Shown piece by piece: positions 28,909 through 38,618 of a stretch of DNA of 64,000 nt; position 1 is the stretch's first letter; each line of letters opens with the position of its first letter. The translations under genes were made by a program, and so were the position numbers. The notes beneath the pieces are model-generated. The model had not been told where the DNA came from. It was given only the letters and a program-made list of their open reading frames with translations, and did no database searches. Source of the DNA: Clostridiales bacterium (lineage in GTDB: Bacteria > Bacillota > Clostridia > Lachnospirales > Lachnospiraceae); assembly GCA_012519905.1 (NCBI GenBank), contig JAAYPG010000016.1:956-64955 (forward strand), read 5' to 3'.

Positions 28909-31833
28909 TTAATTAAACCTTATATGTACTTGATGGTTAGTTCCATCATTTACGAGTTTGATTCTATTCTCATCTATAATTTCATTATCAAGGGATATAG
29001 TATAATTAAAATCCTTTAGCCTATAAAATCCTTTAGGTTTTTGAATCATAATCCTATAATGACTATCTAGGTAACGTAAGGTATAGCTCATATCTTCCTC
29101 TTCATGGGATAATAATGGATTAATAATCAAGCTATCACCCTGATACTCTATACCCAGCATCTCAAAGATAGTAAGAGAAAGCCATGTAGATGTTCCACTT
29201 AAGGTAGGTCCAATATGCTCCCCTGTGAAGCTATTGATATACTGAGTACACCATCTAGGATTTCCACAAAGCTCATAGGGATTATCAAATGTATTATAGG
29301 GTAGTGCCCTATCAACCATCCAGTATGCTAAATCTCTAAGCCTTATTGCCAACTCCTGATTATGCACCTCTTTAGCTGCTTTTATCATTGCTGCTGTTGC
29401 CATCATGGAGGCATGCTTAAAGATAGCTCCATTTTCCCTATCTCCTGGAAAATACTCTCCTGTAGCAGTCGTCTTGGATACTCTTGATAGATCCGTAGGA
29501 CTCATTAGCATAAATCCAAAGGGCTTCTTCAGATGTTTTTCAACTTGATTAAGCATTATCTCTATCTGCTGCTCAGTAGCCTCTCCTGATAATATGGACC
29601 AGCTGAAGGAGTTTAGGAAATAGGTTCCATCTATATTAGCGTCACTGGAAAATCCATCATTTTTAGCACCAAGATAGGTTATATCTTCACCAAAACGGTT
29701 AAACAAGACACGGGCAAAAAAATCTTCTTTCCAGCAATTCTTCTGTAGAGACTGACTTAAGCTATCTATACTTTGCTCAAGCTCCTTCTGGTATTCAAAA
29801 TCCTTAAGGAGCTTAGCCATCTCTTTCAAATACTCCATGGCCAGCCTTAAGAGGAATCCATTCATAACACTTTCTGAATAATAATCTATGGGGCCCTCAG
29901 AATTCTCCTTATCCTTACCAGATAAATATTTGGAATCTACCTTTAGACAATCATTCCAATCAGCAAAGTCTATAAGTGGCAGCCCATGCTTACCAATAGA
30001 TTTCTTACTTGAATAATGAATAATAGCCTTTAGGGTATTATATACACTTCTCTTTTTTTTATCAGTTTCAGGGATTTCATGTGATTTCTTCAAAAAGTCG
30101 GTATCCTGGGAGAACTGGATATATCTATAAATTGCTTGGATTAGCCATAGGCCATCATCAGACCATTTACCTGGCTCCTTTCCCTTCCAAAAGAAATTAT
30201 GGTAGCAATAACCTGCTTCAAAAACCTTCTCAGTCCATTGCATTAGTAATTCCTTTACAAATTCCTCTTTACCCATAGACATAAAATAATACATTGAAGC
30301 ATAGATATCTTGAATTTCTCGAAAGCCAATCTCTCTATATCCCTTCTGTGTTAGGTCAAAGGACCTTGAAACGAAGGTTTGATATAAAACCTGGAAGGGT
30401 AGGTTATTGTTAATGTACTTGTTGTATTTTACATTCTGTGAATCTATGGACAGGTATGATTTATATTGTGAATACCAATCCATATGCTCTTCAAAGCATT
30501 TATCTAACATATCCTTATGACTAAATTTATTATGTAATTCCTCTAGCTGGGCAAATATAATATCATCAGCTACATCATCACCCAATAAGGATATTAGACC
30601 TGCATATTGATCAGCTATGACTTCCTCTTGGGGATCCAAGGTAAAATCCTTGCCCAGCGATATAAAGGCTGGCCCTTTTATACCCAGCTTATTAGATAGC
30701 TTCATTAGCCCTTGGGGATAATATAGATTACCATTTCCAATAAAATCAGCATAATTGGTTCCAATTTCCTCTGGGAATAATTTATCGCCTTTTTTATAGA
30801 ACATGCCCGACATAAATCTAAGGTCCTTTTGGCAGGTATTTGGATAGTAATGTGGTAGGTAGGCTAGAAAATCGCCATTCTTACTCTGAACCATACCAGA
30901 CTCCATTATAATTGTAGAATATACCACATCCTCCATGAAGGCTCCTGGAACTGGAGAGCCCATCATACCCGTCATTACAATCCTCAAATCCCTCTTCCTA
31001 TTACCTATATTATTTATAAAAATACGTTGAACCTCTGTAGCAATGGGTAAGCCCTTGTACTGTGGAAGGAGGAATATTCTCCTTTTGACCTCTAAGCCAC
31101 ATTCAGTTATATATTCAATCTCTGTGTAATTGTTAGAATGCCTACATACAGCAGATTTAATATTACTATCAGTAACATTAGCTGAATAGAAGATTTGCTT
31201 CCCCTTTTCAAGAATATAAAACTGCCTATTAGCAGGAAATCCATTTTCTTCTGGCAGCATATCCCATCTGGTCGCCAATACCTGGGTAGCAGCGTGAGAC
31301 CTAAAGCTACCTCCTCCCAGCCTGTCAACTACAGATTTGGGAGTTGTCTGCAAAGGATAAGGAAAATCCATACGGTTGCCCAATAGCATATTTGTAGAAA
31401 AATGCGGACTTGGAGAGGGCTTTTTCAGATCAATGATATGATCTCCATTGGCATCCAAATAACCTACCCAATGAGTATAATCTGAAAGACGCTCTATAAT
31501 ATGGACTTGAATATCCTTATCTATTAGCCTATTTTCAAGGCTTCCATTACTATATACATAATGATTAACCTGATTTCCTTCCCAATCAATTTGTAAGAAG
31601 TGAGATTCCTCTTTTGATAGACCTCTTAAATACTCTCCTACTATTACACTCTTATAGAGCTCCTTAAAGGCTGGTATCTGATATATAAAATCCCCAATTA
31701 CTATCAAGTGCTTTAAGCTGATATCATTAAATTGGTAGTCATAATATCTGTTATCATCTAATAGTTCCCCAAAATATTTATGGGCTAACACCTTTGAATC
31801 ACCCAGTATATCTCTTGCATTTAGCCTATGCAT
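28909..31833 (-). CDS. GH94 cellodextrin phosphorylase (C. thermocellum CDP type)
   Basis: LQTTPKSVVDR.G.GSFRSHAATQVLATR, EENGFPANRQFY, QKGYREIGFREIQD, ADWNDCL motifs match C. thermocellum CDP as recalled; 974 aa with N-terminal extension. Confidence 0.85.
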   Translation of the reverse strand: MHRLNARDILGDSKVLAHKYFGELLDDNRYYDYQFNDISLKHLIVIGDFIYQIPAFKELYKSVIVGEYLRGLSKEESHFLQIDWEGNQVNHYVYSNGSLENRLIDKDIQVHIIERLSDYTHWVGYLDANGDHIIDLKKPSPSPHFSTNMLLGNRMDFPYPLQTTPKSVVDRLGGGSFRSHAATQVLATRWDMLPEENGFPANRQFYILEKGKQIFYSANVTDSNIKSAVCRHSNNYTEIEYITECGLEVKRRIFLLPQYKGLPIATEVQRIFINNIGNRKRDLRIVMTGMMGSPVPGAFMEDVVYSTIIMESGMVQSKNGDFLAYLPHYYPNTCQKDLRFMSGMFYKKGDKLFPEEIGTNYADFIGNGNLYYPQGLMKLSNKLGIKGPAFISLGKDFTLDPQEEVIADQYAGLISLLGDDVADDIIFAQLEELHNKFSHKDMLDKCFEEHMDWYSQYKSYLSIDSQNVKYNKYINNNLPFQVLYQTFVSRSFDLTQKGYREIGFREIQDIYASMYYFMSMGKEEFVKELLMQWTEKVFEAGYCYHNFFWKGKEPGKWSDDGLWLIQAIYRYIQFSQDTDFLKKSHEIPETDKKKRSVYNTLKAIIHYSSKKSIGKHGLPLIDFADWNDCLKVDSKYLSGKDKENSEGPIDYYSESVMNGFLLRLAMEYLKEMAKLLKDFEYQKELEQSIDSLSQSLQKNCWKEDFFARVLFNRFGEDITYLGAKNDGFSSDANIDGTYFLNSFSWSILSGEATEQQIEIMLNQVEKHLKKPFGFMLMSPTDLSRVSKTTATGEYFPGDRENGAIFKHASMMATAAMIKAAKEVHNQELAIRLRDLAYWMVDRALPYNTFDNPYELCGNPRWCTQYINSFTGEHIGPTLSGTSTWLSLTIFEMLGIEYQGDSLIINPLLSHEEEDMSYTLRYLDSHYRIMIQKPKGFYRLKDFNYTISLDNEIIDENRIKLVNDGTNHQVHIRFN

Positions 31834-31904
31834 TATATGTCCCCCTCATCTTATATATTAAGATATTTATTCAATTTAATGTTAGCCCATATTATCTATG
31901 TTGT

Positions 31905-31945
31905 TAACCATGCAATATTACGATTAACTATGATAATATTATGAT
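31905..31945 (-). promoter_or_regulatory. tandem candidate activator boxes upstream of CDP
   Basis: TAACCATGCAATATTACGAT (31905-31924) plus a degenerate copy TAACTATGATAATATTATGAT (31925-31945); TAACAT -10-like hexamer 20 nt downstream on the minus strand (31879-31884). Confidence 0.6.
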
Positions 31946-32179
31946 ATTGCTAACTAGTGGGTTTTCATCAAACTCTCTCAAATATTCTAATCCATTTTTT
32001 AGTATAAGCATTTACACAATTATACTTTTTATTTCTATTTATTCTAGCATTTGATATAATATATAAGAGATATAAAGCTTTAATTTCCCTAATCTACGGA
32101 TAGTAGATATAGTTCAACTAGCCATATGTTTTGCTTTGGAGCAAAAAAATATATGATAAAGAAAAAAAGAAGGTGTAAA

Positions 32180-32791
32180 ATGGATAATAGAAAGATAGGA
32201 TATTTTATAGCAGATTGTCGAAAAGAAAAGCAGATTACACAGCAACAGCTAGCTGATAAACTTAATATTACTAATAAAGCAGTCTCGAAATGGGAAACAG
32301 GAAATGGCTTTCCCGACATTTCAGTCTTACCAGATTTGGCTGACATATTAGGGGTGACCGTAGATGAAATACTTAGAGCTAAAAAAAGCGAGAATGATCA
32401 AGACCTTCTTGACCATAAATATAATGATAAAACCATCAGTAATGATTCAGATAATGTGATGAGTTATTTGGTTAATAAATCAATCGCCAAATTTAGACTA
32501 ATGTCCTCATTTAGTATGATTCTATCTGCATTCGGTATATTACTACAATTCTTTATTTGGATGGAGACAAGAAATTTGACTGGTTGGTTCTTTGGTTCTT
32601 GGCTAGGGATATGTGGTGCTGGTATTTTTATATACTATCGAGCTTTAATGAAAAATCAAATTCTTGCTTATAATAAGTCAGCCATTAACAAGATATATGT
32701 AAGTGATATAAGTAATCCCTACCTTAAATCCTTAGTATCCATATGGGGAGTTATGTTGTTTACACTTATATTTTATATATTTAATGTATAG
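32180..32791 (+). CDS. XRE-family HTH regulator with C-terminal TM segments
   Basis: TQQQLADKLNITNKAVSKWETG..PDI; start moved to 32180 (AAGGTG RBS); palindrome ATCTAC-N5-GTAGAT at 32092-32108. Confidence 0.85.
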   Translation: MDNRKIGYFIADCRKEKQITQQQLADKLNITNKAVSKWETGNGFPDISVLPDLADILGVTVDEILRAKKSENDQDLLDHKYNDKTISNDSDNVMSYLVNKSIAKFRLMSSFSMILSAFGILLQFFIWMETRNLTGWFFGSWLGICGAGIFIYYRALMKNQILAYNKSAINKIYVSDISNPYLKSLVSIWGVMLFTLIFYIFNV

Positions 32792-32893
32792 TTAATGTAT
32801 TTGCCTTTCATAATTTAACCTAGAATAAAAACTTCCTTTTTTAGGGTGCTTATGTTATTATTGTATTCATATTACATTATGGAGACAAAAATA

Positions 32894-33679
32894 ATGCAAA
32901 GAACTTGGAAGCAAGACCTTAAATACGGATTAAAAAGAGGGCTACCCATTGCACTGGGATATGTCCCAGTATCATTTACCTTTGGACTTATGGCCGTCTC
33001 AGGGGGTATACCCATCTGGATGGCTGTATTCATATCTTTATCCAATCTGACCTCTGCAGGACAGTTTGCAGGTACCAATTTAATTATATTGGGTGCTGGT
33101 TACTTTGAGATAACACTAACAACTTTTATTATTAATATACGCTATATGCTGATGTCACTTTCCTTAACGCAGAGACTAGATAAAAATATGAATCTGCCCA
33201 AACGTTTACTGGTTGGCTATGGTGTAACAGATGAAATTTTTTCGATTGCCTCTATGGAAGAAGGAACTCTTAGATTTCCATATCTTCTAGGACTGATAAT
33301 GGGACCTGTCCTTGGCTGGACCACAGGCACCGCCCTAGGGGCTATCATTAGCGCTGCTCTTCCTGAGAGCTTAAGTAATGCCATGGGGATAGCACTTTAT
33401 GGGATGTTTATAGCCATCATACTTCCTGTTGCCAAAAAATCAAAGCCGGTTTCCATGATTATAGCCATATCAGTAATGGTAGTTTGTATTTTACGATATC
33501 TACCCCTCTTTCAGATCGTCTCATCAGGCTTTCGTGTTATTATAGCAACCATTATCGCTGCCGGAATTGGTGCATTTCTTTTTCCCATAGCTGATAATGA
33601 AGATTTAGGGGAAGATAGATCATCTGGCCAAGATATAACTATCGAGCAGGATGAAGAGGAAGGTGGAAATCTAATATGA
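32894..33679 (+). CDS. azlC: AzlC-family branched-chain amino acid exporter permease
   Basis: PIALGYVPVSFTFG, SAGQFA, NIRYMLMS, TDEIF; start moved to 32894. Confidence 0.85.
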   Translation: MQRTWKQDLKYGLKRGLPIALGYVPVSFTFGLMAVSGGIPIWMAVFISLSNLTSAGQFAGTNLIILGAGYFEITLTTFIINIRYMLMSLSLTQRLDKNMNLPKRLLVGYGVTDEIFSIASMEEGTLRFPYLLGLIMGPVLGWTTGTALGAIISAALPESLSNAMGIALYGMFIAIILPVAKKSKPVSMIIAISVMVVCILRYLPLFQIVSSGFRVIIATIIAAGIGAFLFPIADNEDLGEDRSSGQDITIEQDEEEGGNLI

Positions 33680-33984
33680 ATTTAAACTATGCATTTATAG
33701 CTGTTCTTCTTATGGCATTAGTTACCTATATACCTAGAGTTCTTCCTATAGTGGTTTTTAGAAGAGAGATTAAATCAAAATATATTAAATCCTTCCTAAG
33801 GTATGTACCCTATGCGGTACTTGGGGCATTGACATTTCCGGATATTTTTTATTCAACACAAAACATTTTAACAGCCATATGCGGAACTGCTGTTGCACTG
33901 ATACTAGCCTATAGAAATAAAAGCCTGGTTGTAGTTGCAATCGGTGCAATAGTTACAGTCTATATCACAGGATTAATTATATAA
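33676..33984 (+). CDS. azlD: AzlD-family membrane protein
   Basis: VTYIPRVLP, FLRYVPYAVLGAL; overlaps the azlC stop codon. Confidence 0.85.
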   Translation: MNLNYAFIAVLLMALVTYIPRVLPIVVFRREIKSKYIKSFLRYVPYAVLGALTFPDIFYSTQNILTAICGTAVALILAYRNKSLVVVAIGAIVTVYITGLII

Positions 33985-34027
33985 GCAATTAATATAGAAA
34001 GTTATATAATTTTATAGAGAAGGTCAC

Positions 34028-34056
34028 TTGGCACAATTAGGAAATCATGATATAAT
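34028..34056 (+). promoter_or_regulatory. sigmaA promoter for leader ORF and CD3324-family gene
   Basis: TTGGCA-17 nt-TATAAT with TG extended -10. Confidence 0.7.
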
Positions 34057-34144
34057 CCATTTATAATTAATAACAAAGAGTTTTGCAGTTTATATGATCT
34101 ACTCATGATCATAATAAGCCACAGTAATCAAGTAGGAGGTATAT

Positions 34145-34171
34145 ATGAGAAGGTATGTTTATTTTGCATAG
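34145..34171 (+). CDS. candidate 8-aa leader peptide MRRYVYFA
   Basis: GGAGGT RBS at 34135-34140; stop codon abuts an imperfect hairpin 34171-34217. Confidence 0.5.
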   Translation: MRRYVYFA

Positions 34172-34253
34172 CATTGGCTATTGCAATTTAATTAGATAAA
34201 TTTGTTATAGCCATTGCTGAATCCTAAGCAATATATATAATTTGGGAGGGCAT

Positions 34254-34529
34254 ATGGGCTATTTTAGAGCGGAAGAAATTCTGCCAACACATATAATAGA
34301 AATGATACAGAATTATATAGATGGTGAAAACATCTATATTCCAAGAAAAGAAAGCAATAAAAAGGAATGGGGTTCACAGACCTTAATAAGACAAGAGCTA
34401 GCGGATAGAAATTCTTCAATTTACACTGATTATAAGAAGGGTTATAAGGTATCTGAATTAGCAGCTAAGTATTTCTTGTCAGAAAAAAGCATACATCGAA
34501 TTATTCGTGATATGAAGAATAACAACTAG
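34254..34529 (+). CDS. CD3324-family / Mor-like HTH protein
   Basis: MGY.RAEEILP..IIEMIQ.Y.DG..IYIPRK..WG...RN..IY, LAAKYFLSEKSI.RII pattern; start moved to ATG 34254. Confidence 0.75.
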   Translation: MGYFRAEEILPTHIIEMIQNYIDGENIYIPRKESNKKEWGSQTLIRQELADRNSSIYTDYKKGYKVSELAAKYFLSEKSIHRIIRDMKNNN

Positions 34530-34533
34530 GAAT

Positions 34534-34565
34534 TGAGTCGGTTTGAATAACCGGCTCATTTTTTT
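34534..34565 (+). terminator. intrinsic terminator
   Basis: TGAGTCGGTT-TGAAT-AACCGGCTCA followed by T7. Confidence 0.8.
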
Positions 34566-34681
34566 GTTCCCATTAGGATGCGCATTCTTTATTCTAAAAT
34601 ATCTCCATCTATAGATGCTAGAATTTATATTCATATGTAATAGCCTTTGCAGATCCTAAGTATTTTATAAGGAGATGTATA

Positions 34682-34885
34682 ATGAGCTATTTAGTTAAGA
34701 ATGAAAGTAGCATCGCCCCTAACCAATCATTTACTATAGTTCGTAAATGCTCAGGCTGCGGAAAAAAGTCTATATATATTAATAGCTATAAGTTTCGGGT
34801 AAACGCTAATGGTAATAGAATTGATGTATGGTTAATATATCAATGTAGAAGTTCTTATATTTATCAGGAGGTTGTTTTCAAGTAG
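34682..34885 (+). pseudogene. DUF1062-like N-terminal fragment
   Basis: CSGCG..FRVNANGNRIDVWLIYQC motif, then the frame leaves the family pattern and stops at 67 aa. Confidence 0.65.
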
Positions 34886-34968
34886 GCCACTGCATACTTG
34901 ATAATCAACCTCCTGGCTCTTTATTTAATAGCTTACTTATATATTTTCTTCCTGCATTATTTTAAAAA

Positions 34969-35394
34969 CTATATGATTTGTCCGCCGGGCTCTGAGATGT
35001 TTTTTAGGGCTTCTTCAGCACTGGTCCCAGCTGTGGGTTCAAGTGAAATGTCACCCAGAGAAACAATACCAACTAGGCTATTATTCTCGACAATAGGCAG
35101 TCTCCTGACCTGGCGATCACTCATTATACTTGCAGCATCCTGAACATCCATATCAGGATTTCCAACGACCAGATTAGTTGACATAACATCACGTACTCTC
35201 TGATTATCAACCTGTCCGGGAGCCACAGACCTTACGGCTATATCACGATCAGTAATAATTCCAATTATTTTATCATCAGTACATACAGGAATTGAGCCAA
35301 CATTATATTGCTTCATGAGCCTAGCCGCTCTCTCAATCGTATCATCAGATCTTAGTGTGGCAATATCCTTTGTCATAATATCTCTGATTTTCAT
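34969..35394 (-). CDS. tandem CBS-domain protein
   Basis: MKIRDIMT..., IGIITDRDI, VRRLPIVE..LVGIVSLGDI. Confidence 0.9.
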   Translation of the reverse strand: MKIRDIMTKDIATLRSDDTIERAARLMKQYNVGSIPVCTDDKIIGIITDRDIAVRSVAPGQVDNQRVRDVMSTNLVVGNPDMDVQDAASIMSDRQVRRLPIVENNSLVGIVSLGDISLEPTAGTSAEEALKNISEPGGQII

Positions 35395-35487
35395 GATTTA
35401 CCTCCATTCTATCAAATAGCTACGAATATGTCTTTCAACCCACCTTCGCACTATCATTGATAGAATTCCCACAGAGGATTATTTTTA

Positions 35488-36513
35488 TTATAATAAGTTC
35501 ACAAAATAGCAAATTGCATATAAAAGTAATAGATGAGCCGGGTAGAACAGATAGAATATATACTTTAGACTCAAACCACGTTTTCCATTGTATGCTCGAA
35601 TGAATAATAGGTTGAAAAATGTAACCGCTTCTACAAAGGTCATTATAGTAAGTGTGATGCATCCTGCAAGCATAGATTTGATATGTGATTTTCGATAACC
35701 ATACATAATGGCAATCGTAAGCACTCCAAATGCAGAATAGTCAGTCCTAAGTACCTGAGCCAAGGCCATGCCGGCAACTAATACTAACAGGTCAGCAAAC
35801 CGAACGCTACTTACCTCTAAAGAATTTTTCTTTATCATTATAATATAAACCACCAGCATAATAAGGCCAACAATTATGCTAATAATAAGGTAAACCTTAA
35901 GCCAATTATGTGCTTCTTCCCCCCTTATGATGGTATAAATGAAGCTAATAATATTCATAAAAAAATATGTAATCGCGAATCCTGCAGCCATAGCACCCGC
36001 AGCCGCCATAAATGGTAGCCACTTTTTATTTATGACCTTCTCTTTAATCAAGTAGAAGCCTTGCATAACAAGGAGTCCGATTAATAGAGTAAAGAAAACA
36101 TTTTGATGATTGTTATTAAAAGAACCATAAAATGCAAGGTCAAAGGGAAACTCCGAAATCAATGCAAAAATAGCAAGGCGAATAGCATATTTCAAACGGT
36201 TACTAGTATATATAAAACCTTCTATTAATAGAAAACAGAATATGGGAAAGGCTAGCCTACCTATCAATCGCATCAGCCCATAGGACAATATCAGGCCAAA
36301 ATTTTCTCCAATAAAATCTCCTAATAACTGCAAATCACTCTGATCAATTTTATCTAGACCTTTCATGATAAAGATTCTATCTATAATAACAGCAGCTGAA
36401 TGATCTATTAACATTGAAATTATAGCAATTATTTTTAGACTACTACCTGTAATTCCATTTCTTTGCTTTCTTATTCCACTTCCATTATTCAGGCTTTTTG
36501 TAACACTATTCAT
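35488..36513 (-). CDS. TraX-family membrane protein (putative acyltransferase)
   Basis: LKIIAIISMLIDH, GRLAFPIFCFLLIEGF.YT, SEFPF, QNVFFTL, FY.FYP.HL. Confidence 0.8.
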   Translation of the reverse strand: MNSVTKSLNNGSGIRKQRNGITGSSLKIIAIISMLIDHSAAVIIDRIFIMKGLDKIDQSDLQLLGDFIGENFGLILSYGLMRLIGRLAFPIFCFLLIEGFIYTSNRLKYAIRLAIFALISEFPFDLAFYGSFNNNHQNVFFTLLIGLLVMQGFYLIKEKVINKKWLPFMAAAGAMAAGFAITYFFMNIISFIYTIIRGEEAHNWLKVYLIISIIVGLIMLVVYIIMIKKNSLEVSSVRFADLLVLVAGMALAQVLRTDYSAFGVLTIAIMYGYRKSHIKSMLAGCITLTIMTFVEAVTFFNLLFIRAYNGKRGLSLKYIFYLFYPAHLLLLYAICYFVNLL

Positions 36514-36580
36514 GACTGACCCCCCACTCTAAAGTATTTGATTATTATGATACATCATTTATAACATTTATTTACAGTCA

Positions 36581-37381
36581 TTACAAGATAAACTTTTCAA
36601 TAACATGGGCAACCCCATCCTCTTCATTTGAAAGAGTAATATAGTCTGCTACCGACTTAGCATCATCTGTTGCATTAGCCATGGCAACACCCAATCCGGC
36701 ATATTTTATCATAGCAATATCATTTTCTGCATCACCTATACATATTACTTCCTTTGCCTCTATACCAAGCTCCTTTGCAATAAGTGAAACCCCAACTCCT
36801 TTATCCACTCCCTTATCCAAGAACTCTAGAAAAATTGGTGCACTTCTAAGTATATTATACTTTTCTTTCACCCACTGTGGAATTAGGGGTATGATTTTAT
36901 CTAATTTCTTCGGATCATCAATGAACATCACCTTTACTATATTAGTGGACTCATCGATATCTTCAATATTCCCTTCAATTACTGGTATTTTATTTATGCT
37001 GGATTCTACATGGGTATATGGATTGTTCCTAGGGGTCAATACACTGGTTTCTGTCAAGGCATGAATATTTACATCCAGTTCATTGCTTACCTTATACAAT
37101 TCTTTATAGGATGTAATGGATAAGGGCCTATCTATAAGAACCTTTTTTCCATTGGTACTTTGGACAAGGGCTCCATTATATACAACCACAAAATCGTTCT
37201 CATTAAATAGTTCCAGTTCATTAATATAAGGCAGAACTCCATCAAATGGCCTTCCGGTAGCTAGAACTACACTTATTCCTTTTTCCTGCAACTTTCTTAT
37301 GTCCGCCTTGCATCTATTTGAAATTTCCTTCTTTTCATTTAATAGGGTTCCATCCATATCAATAGCTAGCAATTTATACAT
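36581..37381 (-). CDS. Cof-type HAD-IIB hydrolase (sugar-phosphate phosphatase)
   Basis: AIDMDGTLL, ATGR, DKG, GDAENDIAM, GVAMAN. Confidence 0.9.
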   Translation of the reverse strand: MYKLLAIDMDGTLLNEKKEISNRCKADIRKLQEKGISVVLATGRPFDGVLPYINELELFNENDFVVVYNGALVQSTNGKKVLIDRPLSITSYKELYKVSNELDVNIHALTETSVLTPRNNPYTHVESSINKIPVIEGNIEDIDESTNIVKVMFIDDPKKLDKIIPLIPQWVKEKYNILRSAPIFLEFLDKGVDKGVGVSLIAKELGIEAKEVICIGDAENDIAMIKYAGLGVAMANATDDAKSVADYITLSNEEDGVAHVIEKFIL

Positions 37382-37481
37382 TATCTGTCTCCTTTTATAG
37401 ATTGATTATCCATGCATATATCATTTTAGACTTCACATAGACATTTCTATTCTACATTAGTTGCATGTTTTACGCAATCAG

Positions 37482-37494
37482 TGTACCCGGTACA
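37482..37494. repeat. palindrome family TGTACC(C/G)GGTACA, copy 1
   Basis: TGTACCCGGTACA between divergent genes. Confidence 0.7.
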
Positions 37495-37574
37495 GTAATT
37501 ATTTTACTTTTCCTCTCCAATGCTCTATAATAAGGTGGAGCCAAATAAATACAATATATACAAGGAGAAAGTAT

Positions 37575-38249
37575 ATGAAGGTAGTAGCATTACATGGGCA
37601 GAAGCACAAAGGAAGTACATATCATATAAGTAAAATGCTAATAGATAAGCTAGACTGTGCTAAAGAGGAAGTTAAGGAGTATTATGTAAATGATATCTCT
37701 GATTGTATAGGATGCTTTCAATGCATAATTAAGGGAGAAGACAACTGTCCACATCGTAGCCAGACAGATGATATTATACAAGCAATTGAAGAAGCCGATG
37801 TAATACTTATTGATTCGCCAAATTATGTGATGAATATGTCTGGTCAATTGAAAACATTTTTTGATCACATGGGATACCGGTGGATGCCCCACAGACCACA
37901 CCCTTCAATGAAGCGAAAAATCGGTGTTGCCATCTCAACTACAGCCGGAATGGGAGCGAAAAAAGTTACCAAGCTGATTGCATCCCAGATGTTTTGGTGG
38001 TCAGTAGGCAAAATATATAGAATCCCCGTAGCTGTAGCTGCTATGAGCTGGAATACAGTAAGTGACAATATAAAAACTAAAGTTGAAAAGAAAACTACAA
38101 AAGTAGCTAGAGAAATAAATAGAAAATCTGGGCATATAAAACCTGGGATAAGGACCAAATTTGTGTTTAATATAATAAAGAATATGCATAAGGGACAGGA
38201 TTATAATCTGGTTGATAAAAATTATTGGAAGGATCAGGGTTGGATTTAA
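37575..38249 (+). CDS. flavodoxin-like NADPH-dependent FMN reductase / iron-sulfur flavoprotein
   Basis: CIGCFQC..CP, EADVILIDSPNY, SGQLKTFFD; start moved to 37575 (AAGGAG RBS). Confidence 0.85.
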   Translation: MKVVALHGQKHKGSTYHISKMLIDKLDCAKEEVKEYYVNDISDCIGCFQCIIKGEDNCPHRSQTDDIIQAIEEADVILIDSPNYVMNMSGQLKTFFDHMGYRWMPHRPHPSMKRKIGVAISTTAGMGAKKVTKLIASQMFWWSVGKIYRIPVAVAAMSWNTVSDNIKTKVEKKTTKVAREINRKSGHIKPGIRTKFVFNIIKNMHKGQDYNLVDKNYWKDQGWI

Positions 38250-38258
38250 TTATACATA

Positions 38259-38287
38259 TTGACAGATCTATATTTAGCTGTTAAGAT
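38259..38287 (+). promoter_or_regulatory. sigmaA promoter of the aspS leader
   Basis: TTGACA-17 nt-TAAGAT. Confidence 0.8.
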
Positions 38288-38315
38288 ATCATAAATTTGA
38301 AAGGAAATATTTATC

Positions 38316-38363
38316 ATGCGTAATTTACTTTGTAAGAAGCAGAATAGGGACGACGATTTCTAG
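38316..38363 (+). CDS. candidate aspS leader peptide MRNLLCKKQNRDDDF
   Basis: GAAAGGA RBS at 38299-38305; three consecutive Asp codons GAC GAC GAT two codons before TAG. Confidence 0.75.
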   Translation: MRNLLCKKQNRDDDF

Positions 38364-38477
38364 CGCATGTATCTATGAATTATCAATCATAGGTACACGC
38401 GCTCTTAGTGTTGTGCCTATGTGGAAATATTTCAAAGAGCCACATTGGTAGTTAATATTACTGGTGAGGCTCTTTTT
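38362..38477 (+). promoter_or_regulatory. candidate ribosome-mediated transcription attenuator of aspS
   Basis: Mutually exclusive pairings 1:2, 2:3, 3:4 and a 4:5 terminator (38436-38473) ending in T5. Confidence 0.7.
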
Positions 38478-38618
38478 GTATATATAAACTTTTATACTGA
38501 AGGGAAGTGATGGTATGGGACATTTTGACGATGTCTTTATGGATACGGATAGGCAAAAGGTATTTATTAAATAATTTCTTTTATTAATTATCTATCACGT
38601 TAAAGAATGGAGGTCAAA

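Noticed and set aside
35488-36513. Conjugative element inferred from TraX
   Set aside because: TraX-family genes are commonly solitary chromosomal genes; there is no relaxase, T4SS or integrase in the window.
38290-38606. T-box riboswitch upstream of aspS
   Set aside because: No T-box antiterminator consensus (xGGTGGxACC-like) or recognisable stem I motifs; the leader is better explained by the Asp-codon uORF and alternative hairpins.
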